From: Ptychomitrium polyphyllum
Lineage: Eukaryota
DNA length: 64,000 bases
Assembly: GCA_973851085.1 (NCBI GenBank)
Contig: OZ316775.1
Coordinates: forward strand, 16,058,001-16,122,000
Direction: 5' to 3'
Below, one piece after another: positions 27,871 through 38,705 of this stretch (positions are counted from its first letter, which is position 1; each line of letters opens with the position of its first letter). The notes beneath the pieces were generated by a model that searched no databases, was not told where the DNA came from, and saw only the letters and a program-made list of their open reading frames with translations. The translations under genes were made by a program, and so were the position numbers.

Positions 27871-29472
27871 TGCTTGTTTTCCACTCCTTTGTTTGCCCTA
27901 GTTCCGGAATTGAACTTCACCACGCACTGTACTATAAAATTATTACAAGGTCTTCAGGATGAACGTTGCACCTACATTTTAGGGTACTTTTAAACTAATT
28001 TTCCATTGACTTCTTAAATTTCGTTACAGATTGTTTTTAATTCTTTTTTGTTGAGGTATAGCTTTTATGATGTCATGGATAGGTTGTCAGCTCGAGTGAT
28101 CTTTTAGATGAGTTTATTATACTCCATATAAAGATCATTTTTTTAAAGCTTATTTTATAAGCTTAAAGTGGATTGGTGTGCATTGGGAACAATATGATAT
28201 GTGTAAGTTATCTTGAGAATTTTTTCTTTGACTCCTTTGTCTTTTGGGATGGCAAAGTTATAAATTATAAACTAATAGTGCTTTGGACATTATTTTTTAC
28301 TAAACTTTGTAAAGTATTGCATAACTATTATTACAGAGAGAAACAACAAGGCAAAGTTTGAGGACTTCAAAATATGGAATAAGGTATTTTTAAGGTATAT
28401 GAAAAGTAAAGAGTTATAATAAGGTTCAAAGATAAGATTAGGAGGTCAAAGCTAGATCTCAAGAGATGCATTGTTGAAACTAAAAATACTCTTTAGCCTC
28501 AATTCCTATACACACTAATACTACAAGCCTTAAAAGCTTATTGAAAAGCTTTGAATACAATGGTTTGTATTCGAGCAACTTTAGGTTGCTTCATTAGAAG
28601 CTTCTTAGTCAAAATAATTTTTTTGGAAGCTTCATTGGCTAAAATAACTTCTATGACTTTCTTAAACATTTTAAGAATCTTTCTAAAAGCTTCTAATATA
28701 AATGTCTGTGGCATCACTTCTTCTACTAGCTTTAAAGTTTCCAAGGAACATGTTGCAATAAATGCTCGTAATTATAAAAAGTTAAAAAATTGTTACGTGG
28801 TATTTGCAACATATTCCAATTGCCTTTCACAATTCAAATGATTTATAGGCCTTTGCTGTCACGGACATAGATCATACAACATAGTCCTTAGAAAATTCTA
28901 GAACCTTCTAATTTACTATAATAGCTTCTTAGAATATTTTTAGATGTCTCCATAGTCTTTTCCATGTTATTAGGAAGCTTCCTAGGAAAGTCCCTCCACC
29001 TTAGAAAACTTCCTAGGAAGGTTCTATCATCTTAGGTAACTTCCTAGGAAACTTCCAACGAAGATTCCATCACCTTAAGAAACTTCCTAAGAAGGTTCCA
29101 TCATTTTAAGAAATTTCCTAGGAAGGTTCCACTACCTTAGGAAACTTCCAAAGAAGGTTCCAACTCCTTGGAAGACTTTTAATAAGGTTCCAACATCTTA
29201 GGAAACTTCTTGGGAAGGTTCCCTAGACTTCCAGAACATTCTTAAACCTTGTAGGAAGCTTCTTTAGAAGTATCCTAGGAGATCCAACGTCATAGTATAA
29301 ATAGGAGGCAAGACAAGGTATTCCTTAGTCTTGCCAACACAAGTTGTGGATCATCTTGAATCCTGCCTTGTTCTAGTCTTTGTATCAAGTTCTTGTTAAT
29401 CATTAACTCTTTGGAAGCTAATTCTTGGGTAACACTTTGTTTCTGCTTCTTGTTTCTTGTGTCCCTAACAGT

Positions 29473-29483
29473 TTGGCAAGACT
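29473..29483 (+). promoter_or_regulatory. E1 primer-binding site TTGGCAAGACT, complementary to the LTR's own AGTCTTGCCAA (29327-29337); self-priming type
   Basis: Perfect 11-nt complement. The partner starts 31 nt after TATAAATA (29296), at the expected transcription start. Confidence 0.75.
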
Positions 29484-30698
29484 ACTTTTCATCTCTGTCA
29501 GAATTAAGGTTCTTTGAAAAAGATTGTAGATTACCCATCTTCTTGAGGATTCCATAGTGTCTTAGAGGTTGCGGACTACCCTCTTCTAAGTTGGCACCAT
29601 AGAGTTGGTTTCTCCTTCTAGAACTAAGTATTACTTCTTTTAAAGGACGTGGATTTTCCTCCTTTGAAGGTATTCATAGTCTTTCTGTTTTTGAGAGTCT
29701 TAAGAAATGAATAACGTGCCTGGAACATCAGAGAATAGGGTTGTAACTATTGCAGACCTTCAAGAATTATTAAACACAGTTCGAACGGAACTTGTTTATT
29801 TTAATACCACCAACAATTTGGAGCAACATACTCGGCAAGCTGAAGAATCCAATGGTGATATTCAAAGCCTATATCAAAAGGTTGTTCAATTGCGAGAAGC
29901 CAATATTGGAAGGAAAGGCTTACGTCGAACCCATGCAGAGCCAAAGATTAGCATGCCAGACAAGTTCGATGGATTAAGATCAAAATTGAAAGGCTTTGTT
30001 CAACAAGTAAGACTCTTCCTTAGTTTGCATCAATCTTGCTATCCTGATGGCACAACTCAAGTACGATTTGTGGCCACTCTTTTATCAAACAATGCCCTAT
30101 CGTGGTTTGCACCACTACTGGAGAAGCAGTCACCATTATTGAACAATTTAGATGCTTTTATAGAAGCATTGACATCTACTTTTGGAGACACCGATCGAGA
30201 GAGGGGGGCTAAGACAAGGATCCAGAGTCTCCAACAAGGACAGCGCTCAGCTGCTACATATGCTGCAGAGTTTTGACAATTAGCTTGCGACCTTGATTGG
30301 AATGATAAAGCCTTGGTCACTCGATTCCGATGGGGCTTAAGAGAGAATATAAAGGACTTGCCACTCACAATGCCAAGAGTTGAAACATTAGACGAATTCA
30401 TCACTCAAGCAATAGCATGTGACAATAGACTATTTGAGAGGCGCCAAGAACAACGCTTGGAATGGCAACCAATACATCAAAGCATGGCTACCACTTCTTC
30501 AAGAATATTGGAAAATCGACCACAAGGACTAGAACCTATGCAAATTGATGCTACCCAGTTCAGACGTTTGACTCCAGAAGAAAAAGAAAGGCGTCGAAGA
30601 GAAAACCTATATTTGTATTGTGGCAAGTCTAGACATAAAGTGCGCAATTGCCAAATCAAAGGATCTGCCTTTAAGGCTCAGAGCATAATGGTGGAGTT

Positions 30699-30743
30699 CA
30701 AAAACGAGGTCGTCCAGTCACAGTAGGGACCATGCAACTGGAC
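30699..30743 (+). promoter_or_regulatory. Predicted -1 ribosomal frameshift signal of E1 (C AAA AAC + 6-nt spacer + GTCCAGTCACA/TGCAACTGGAC stem)
   Basis: gag ends at TAG 30724-30726. The protease frame is -1 and is open from the heptamer onward. The stem pairs 9/11. Confidence 0.7.
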
Positions 30744-30994
30744 ACCACAAAGAAACTACCATCAAATCAAGATCTCTTACTACCTTCAAACCCTACCTCT
30801 TGTTTTGCATTTCCTACCAAAATTAAATTGTTAGATGATGAAATAATCACTGAGGCTCTCTTAAACATTAGTGCAACGGCATGTTTTATGGATAAGGATT
30901 TTGCAACCAAACATCACATGGTGCTTGTGAAGAAAAAATATCTCGCACCTGTTGAAGTTATTGATGGACGATTTCTTGCGTCTGGCAACGTTAT

Positions 30995-33900
30995 TGTCGC
31001 GCACCTCTTCTTAAAGAGCGCCCGCAATAGTAAGGGCACAAGGGGAACCCCGGAGTGACGTTCGGGACTTGTGGCGCCGATAGTGAGGGAAACGGAGTGG
31101 GCCTAGCGTGGGAAGGACCCCTAAGGGGAAGAAACATCCTTGCCCATGTAGACCAAGGGCCACGAGGAATAGATGGCTGGCATTGGAAGAATCACAAAGA
31201 GCTGATTCTAGAATGCTAAAGATTGTCCAAATCGGATAAGGGAGCTAAAAGTTATGGCATCCCAAAGTTGGGGTTGCCAAGGGGCTGTTCTGGAGTGTGG
31301 CAGCCCCACACAGTGACTGTACTGGAGTGGGACAATCCAGGGAGGGACTCCCCGGAAGTCTCGAACCTTGGGAGAGGCGTATCTCCCACAATACTAACTC
31401 AAATTGGACGTTTGAGGAATCTATTGACATCTACGCAAAGAGTAGATGACGATAAAGTGGTTGTTCAATACATTTGGGCACCAGATGAGGAAGATATGGC
31501 TCCCTGAAGGTCCGTTGGGAGTCCCGGAAGCTTCCAGCAGCTAAGTCCTAAGGGAGATCAGGTGGTCTTCCAAAACTCTAGGTGTGTCGGGATTCAGCCA
31601 GCTACACAGGGTCAGGGGGCCTGCCGAATCCCACAGAGAGTATTATAAGGGAGGGCTGGTCCTCCTCCCCACTCCCCTAGTGTCCCGGTAGAGACCAATG
31701 ATGAATCCCGGTTGGTGGAGCTAGTGTTGGGGCTTCACCATGGAGACTCCTACATCATTGTGAGCCGGTGGACGGCTGGTTTCACAAAAGGAACTAGCAT
31801 GTTTAAAAGGGTACGCTTGTTACTACTAAGTTGGGGTGGTGTCTTCACGCCGGTAGCATGATGGCCCGGGGTGATCTTAGGATTACATGGACATCATGAG
31901 TGGTGGTGAGGAGACACCACTAAGTGCGGTTAGGCCGTGTGGAATGGGAGTAACACCAAAGAGGCCTTGGACATGAATGGAAGTCTGCACCTAACCATTG
32001 GCTACTAATAAATTGGGTGTCCTAAGAAAAATGGTAGAAAGATTTGGAAAGTGAAAATGGGGGTTAACCATGTGCATGTGGGGGTGTACAGGGTTGACGC
32101 GCGTAACGCTTGCTAAGGTGCATTACAAGGGTTGCGACATTTGGTATCAAAGCAGGTTTTGAGTATCCAAGTGCTACGTTGCGAGGAGGCTATGGGTAAG
32201 AAGAAGACCGGTGATGGCGGTGAGCCCGGGGCTTCTAAACGACTACGCACGAGGGTGAACAAAGACCTCGATCTGATTAATGAGGCTCCATCCTTTGATT
32301 CCAATGAGCAAAGAAATGACATTGGAGTCACCGAGGAAGTTGAGGAAACTCAGCAAGATGAAGCGTTAGAGGGTGGAGAGTACTTAGGAGCTAGGATTCC
32401 TGAGCCACCTGAGGGCCTATTAAGCCAAGACCCTGACTTGAGTTTTTGCATGAAAATGCTCGAGTTCATGGACGGTGTGAACCAGGAACTCAAGCATGAC
32501 AAAGAAGAAAGGACCCGTCAAGAAAGGTTGATTGAGCACTTGATGGCACAAGGTTCCAGGTTGTCATCTTTGACCAAGAAGTTGGCCAAGGTTTACATGC
32601 CCAGCACTTTTTCTGGGCTAGGTAAGGCCAGGAAGGTGAAGGAGTTTCTTTTGGAAATGGACAATTATTATGATGTTCAAAAGCCGGAAGAGGTGGACAA
32701 AGTTTCAATTGCGGTGACCTTTTTGAAAGACCATGCTTTTCAATGGTGGACAAGTAAAAAGGAACAAGAGTCGGAGTTGGTGGCGATTTTGTCTTGGGTC
32801 AATTTTAAAGAGATTTTGAATGAACGCTTCACTCCGGAATACCAAGAATTGAGGGAGGGCATGAACTTGGTGCAAATGAGGCACACTGGGTCGCTCAAGA
32901 CTTATGTGCAAGATTTCAACGCCCAAATGAATGCCACACTCAGAATGGATGAGTTTTCAAAGAAATGCATCTTTTTGGGTGGGCTTCAAAAGTGGGTGGT
33001 GGACGCCTTGTTCAAATTTCCAAAGCTTCCGGAGGACGTGGCGGAAATCATGAAGATTGCAGAAAGAATTGAAGCCGACGGTCTCGAAAGAAAATCAAGT
33101 GGTTCCTCTCAACAAAGTGGATTGAGCCGAAATGTATCTCGCGGCGGAGAACGCAAGAAATTTGGCTTTGGAAACAAACACAAGGGACAAGTAGATGGAA
33201 GGGCCTACAACAAAATGGACCATCATGAGAGAAAACCATTCAAATCGGGAGATATGAAAGCTGAGGTGAAGCACAAGCGTTGCCACGGGTGTGGCAAGAT
33301 TGGTCACTTCATTGCGGAGTGCCCCAATAAAAAGGTGAGTACCAAAGCTTGTCACACTTGTGTTATGGATCACATTTTAGAAGGTGGATTTATGGCCAAG
33401 GCTAGTAGCCTTAAGCCAAGGTCAAGTCTTTTATACCTTGAGGTCCAAATAAATGGCAAAAATGTCTCATGTTTGATTGACATAGGGGCAATGCACTCCT
33501 TCATGAGTTCCAAGCTAGCAAGAGTGTTGGGCTTGTCGGCTCAAAAAGCTAGCAAGCCCATCAACGTGCGATTTGCAAAAGGCAAACCGTACGAGACGAA
33601 GGAGGTGGTGTTGGATGTGGCCTTAAGCAGTGGAACATTGGAGTTGAAGGAAAGTTTTATACTATGTGAGATGGATGAGGTAGACCTCATTTTAGGTGAT
33701 ACCTTTTTCGAAACTCATGTGGTGGATGTGAAACAAAAGCCAACACGGTTAGTAGTGCGCCGTGGTGGGAAGGAGGCAATATTGAAGTTGACTTGGACTC
33801 CTATGGTTGCGGGAAGCAAGTTGAATTTAGTCTCCTTAGAACAATTAGTGAATAACCAATTTGTGGTTGTGATGCGAATGGAGCAAGAAGAGGGGAATAA

Positions 33901-36900
33901 GCCAAGTGCTAAGGAGGTTAGGACTATTTCCAAGTGCATTCAAAATGTACTAAGTGGTTACAAGGATGTGCTCACCAATGAGCTGCCCGCAGAATTACCG
34001 CCAAGAAGAGAAGTGGATCACAAAATTGAAGTGATAACGGGAACGGAGCCCCCTTCAAAGGCTCCATACCGGTTGAACCAAAAAGAGCTAGAGGAGTTGA
34101 AGAAGCAATTGAATGACTTGTTGGAAAGAGGCTATGTTAGGCCAAGTAAGTCGCCATATGGAGCACCGGTCCTCTTCGTGGACAAAAAGGATGGCAAGCT
34201 CCGCATGTGTGTTGACTATAGAGCCTTGAATAAAGCCACCATCAAGAACAACTATCCTTTGCCTTGAATCAAGGACCTCTTTGATAGATTGGCGGGAGCT
34301 AAATACTTTAGTCGGATAGACTTGAAGTCGGGCTACTATCAAATCCGCATTGAAGATGAAGACGTGCCAAAGATCGCATGCCGCACTAGGTATGGGTCCT
34401 ATGAAATTTTGGTGATGCCATTCGGGTTGTGTAATGCTCCTTCGACGTTCACGACCCTCATGAATACCATCTTTCGAGAAGAGATGGATGACTTTGTCAT
34501 TGTCTACATTGATGACATCTTGGTGTACTCCAAGTCGGCGGAAGAACATGCAAGGCACCTCGAAGTGATGCTTCAAAAACTTAGGGACCACAAGCTTTAT
34601 GCCAACGGAGAAAAGAGTGAGTTTGCTCAACTTGAGATTGAATTCTTGGGCCATATAGTGACGGATGATGGAATCAAGCCAAACATAAGGAAGATAAAAG
34701 AAATTAGAGAGTGGAAACAACCTTCTACATAAAAGGGGCTAAGATGATTTCTCGGCCTAGCAAATTATTTTAGAAGGTTCATACGCAACTTCTCTAAAAT
34801 TGTTAGACTTTTGTCCGACTTGTTAAAGAAAGGAGCTAGCCAAGTATGGGATGGATTTTGTCACCAAGCTTTTCAAGAACTCAAGGATAAGTTGTCACAA
34901 CCGCCGGTATTGAAATTTCCCGAGTTTAAAAAGCCCTTTGAGGTCCACACGGATGCAAGTGATTTTGCCATTGGCGGAGTGCTCATGCAAGAAGGCATGC
35001 CGATTGCCTATGAGAGCAAGAAGTTGGATGGGTGCCAAAAGAGGTGGCCCACGCACGAGAAAGAATTCTTTGCCGTAGTGCATTGTTTGAAAACATGGCG
35101 GCACTACTTGGGCCTACATAAAACCAAAGTCTACACGGACAACGTGTCTTTGAAGTACTTTGAGTCGCAAGCACAAATGAGTGCAAAACAATTGAGGTGG
35201 CATGACACCTTAGCACTCATGAATGTAAATTTGATCCACAAGCCGGGGCGTGACAATGTAGTGCCGGATGCTCTAAGTAGGCGGGAGGAGTTGCAAGCGA
35301 TGGATACAACCCAAGTCCTGCGGGTAATATACAAGGGAGAAGGCAATTTGGAAAGGAAGATAAGAGAGGAATAAGAAACTTAAGGAAATTAAGTTGGAAA
35401 AGGGATTGCTCAAGTACAAACAAAGTCGGGTGTATGTGCCTCAAGGAAAATTTTCGGTTGTTGGTTTTGAAAGAAGAACATGATAGTCCCATAGTTGGCC
35501 ATAGAGGGGAAAAAACGACAATAGCGGCGGTTTCAAGAAGGTACTATTAGCCGGGCATGAAAGCGGACATCACCGACTTTGTGAAAACTTGTGTAAAGTG
35601 CCAACTCAATAGAGCCTCTTACCAAAAGCAAGCCGGTCTACTACAATCTTTGCCAATTCCGCCGGGTCCATGGCATAGCGTGTCCATGGATTTTATCACA
35701 AGTCTTCCGGAATCGCAAGGACATGATGCCATCTTTGTGATGGTGGATCGCTTTAGCAAGTTGGCGCACATGGTGCCAACTAAAGGAACCGTAACTGCAC
35801 ATGAGACCGCAAAGCTATTCTTCGATGCATGGTGGAAACATCACGGGTTGCCGAGAGTGATTGTGTCGGACCGAGATCCAAAATTCACTAGTGCTTTTTG
35901 GAAACATTTCTTTAGGAAAGTTGGAACCAAATTGACATTTAGCACTGCCTTCCATCTTCAAACAAATGGGCAAATGGAACGAGTGAATGGAGTCTTGAAC
36001 CAATACTTGAGGAACTTTGTGAGTACGGACCAGTGCGATTGGGCGGATTATGTGAGCTTAGCGGAGTTCAGTTACAATGCGGCCAACCATTTGACGACAA
36101 AGCAGTCGCCATTTAAGGTGGCCTATGGAGTGGAGCCACTCCAACCTGCCGACTTAGCTCTCGAAGGGGCACATTCAATACTAGAGTTTAACCAAGATGG
36201 TGAGGACTTGGCCAAAAAGCGGGAATAGATGTTGGAAAAGACCAAGCTTTTGTTGGAAAAGGCACAAAAGCGGTACGAGAAACAAGTCAATGCCAAAAGA
36301 CGTGAAGTGGAGTATGAAGTAGGCCAAAAGGTGTTGTTGAATGTGAAGAACTTTAGCTTATCCGAAGGCCTCACTCCAAAGTTCATGTCTAAGTTTGCGG
36401 GGCCGTTTTCCATTATGGAGCGGATGTTTAAAGATGTGTACAAGTTGGAGCTACCACCCGAAATCAAAGTGCATCCAACATTTCATGTCTCACTCCTTAA
36501 GCCATTCAAAAAAGATACCTTGCGGCCCAATCGCAAACAAGTGATTCGGCCACCGCCGGAATTGGTGGGCAACCACTTGGAATACGAAGTAGAAGGAATT
36601 CTCAAGTGTAGGCACCACAAGAAAGTAGGAAAAGAGTATTTGGTGAAGTGAAGAGGGTACCATAAAAAGGAAGCAACTTGGGTAGCAGCCAAGGACTTGA
36701 AAAATGCCAATGAAGTGGTGGAACGCTTTAAAAGGGATAGGAACTCCAACAAAAGACAACATTGGCATTGATGAAGACATCAATCTCTTTTAGTAGGGGG
36801 AGAGAGGTTTGTAACAGTAACTTCTTTACATCATGTATTGGTTCTTTGACTTATGGCAATAAAGTTCAACTTTTGTGTGTGCAAAGAGAAGAGTATAAGA

Positions 36901-38705
36901 TGACGTCCTAGTCTTGTGCTTGTGCTAAGTTGGTAGAAGAGGGAGAATAAACATGTGAAACCAAGTTGGGAAGGCCGAGTAATGGGGACCAAGGCTGGGA
37001 GGAGGAAAGATTAAAACCATGAAACCTCCTCGCCTCGGCCTTGTCCGGGCAAGGACAAGGTAATGGCGCGTGCTCATAAAAGCGCCACTCCTACAAACTA
37101 ACAAAAGTTAGTGCATGGGAGTCATGAACCCATGTTTCAATAGACATAGTGGGATCCAAGTTGGGCGGAACTTGGCATTACCCCAGTGCAATTGAGTCTG
37201 GAATAAAAGCCACCTTTGGTTTGCAACCAAGACAATTTGGTGGAACATTGAGGTCCAGCTTAGTCAGAGAGGAGGAGTTAGGGCACTGTAGCCTAACTAG
37301 GGAGTGTATCCCAAGAGGGTCTCAAAGTAGGTAGGTCTAGAGTAGTTTAGGGCCCCAAAGATTTTTGTCTAGGGTGCTTAAACAGACCACCTCCTAAACG
37401 ACACCTTTGAGACTTTGCCAAAGATTTATGAGTGCATTATGGGGGTCGCACCCTGGATGAAACACAATGTTGCACCACTGAAGGATGGCAAACTTGGAAA
37501 TGATGTGCCGACTACAAGTATAGTCAATGAGGGCATCGACACCATTAAGGTGGAGGTGAGTGTTGTGCACCTTTCCTTGAAAAGTGCCCGCAACACTAAG
37601 GGCACAAGGGGAACCCCGGAGTGACGTTCGGGACTTGTGGCGCCGATAGTGAGGGAAACGGAGTGGGCCTAGCGTGGGAAGGACCCCTAAGGGGAAGAAA
37701 CATCCTTGCCCATGTAGACCAAGGGCCACGAGGAATAGATGGCTGGCATTGGAAGAATCACAAAGAGCTGATTCTAGAATGCTAAAGATTGTCCAAATCG
37801 GATAAGGGAGCTAAAAGTTATGGCATCCCAAAGTTGGGGTTGCCAAGGGGCTGTTCTGGAGTGTGGCAGCCCCACACAGTGACTGTACTGGAGTGGGACA
37901 ATCCAGGGAGGGACTCCCCGGAAGTCTCGAACCTTGGGAGAGGCGTATCTCCCACAATACTAACTCAAATTGGACGTTTGAGGAATCTATTGACATCTAC
38001 GCAAAGAGTAGATGACGATAAAGTGGTTGTTCAATACATTTGGGCACCAGATGAGGAAGATATGGCTCCCTGAAGGTCCGTTGGGAGTCCCGGAAGCTTC
38101 CAGCAGCTAAGTCCTAAGGGAGATCAGGTGGTCTTCCAAAACTCTAGGTGTGTCGGGATTCAGCCAGCTACACAGGGTCAGGGGGCCTGCCGAATCCCAC
38201 AGAGAGTATTATAAGGGAGGGCTGGTCCTCCTCCCCACTCCCCTAGTGTCCCGGTAGAGACCAATGATGAATCCCGGTTGGTGGAGCTAGTGTTGGGGCT
38301 TCACCATGGAGACTCCTACATCATTGTGAGCCGGTGGACGGCTGGTTTCACAAAAGGAACTAGCATGTTTAAAAGGGTACGCTTGTTACTACTAAGTTGG
38401 GGTGGTGTCTTCACGCCGGTAGCATGATGGCCCGGGGTGATCTTAGGATTACATGGACATCATGAGTGGTGGTGAGGAGACACCACTAAGTGCGGTTAGG
38501 CCGTGTGGAATGGGAGTAACACCAAGGAGGCCTTGGACATGAATGGAAGTCTGCACCTAACCATTGGCTACTAATAAATTGGGTGTCCTAAGAAAAATGG
38601 TAGAAAGATTTGGAAAGTGAAAATGGGGGTTAACCATGTGCATGTGGGGGTGTACAGGGTTGACGCGCGTAACGCTTGCTAAGGTGCATTACAAGGGTTG
38701 CGACA
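30995..38705 (+). mobile_element. Element E4: Ty3/gypsy chromovirus, Galadriel-like; LTRs 30995-32139 and 37561-38705 (1145 bp each); tRNAi-Met PBS 32142-32153; TSD GTTAT/ATTAT
   Basis: TG..CA LTRs; PBS TGGTATCAAAGC; PPT AAGGTGGAGGTGAG. Single gag-pol 32192-36771 with zinc knuckle [28 protein letters not shown], RNase H HTDASDFA, integrase SDRD and chromodomain EYEVEGIL; at least 6 in-frame stops and a frameshift near 35371. Removing E4 restores the E1 protease (..SGNV|IEEIQP..). Clade inferred from AVVHCLKTWRHYL..TDNV. Confidence 0.95.

Noticed and set aside
27532..27993. Poly-N/poly-T ORFs (NNNNNNNDNTNT, TITITIT)
   Set aside because: Translations of the microsatellite, antisense to the ankyrin gene.
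31223..31507. 94-aa ORF duplicated at 37789-38073
   Set aside because: It lies inside the two E4 LTR copies, starts at TTG and has no recognisable motif; the duplication is just the LTR.
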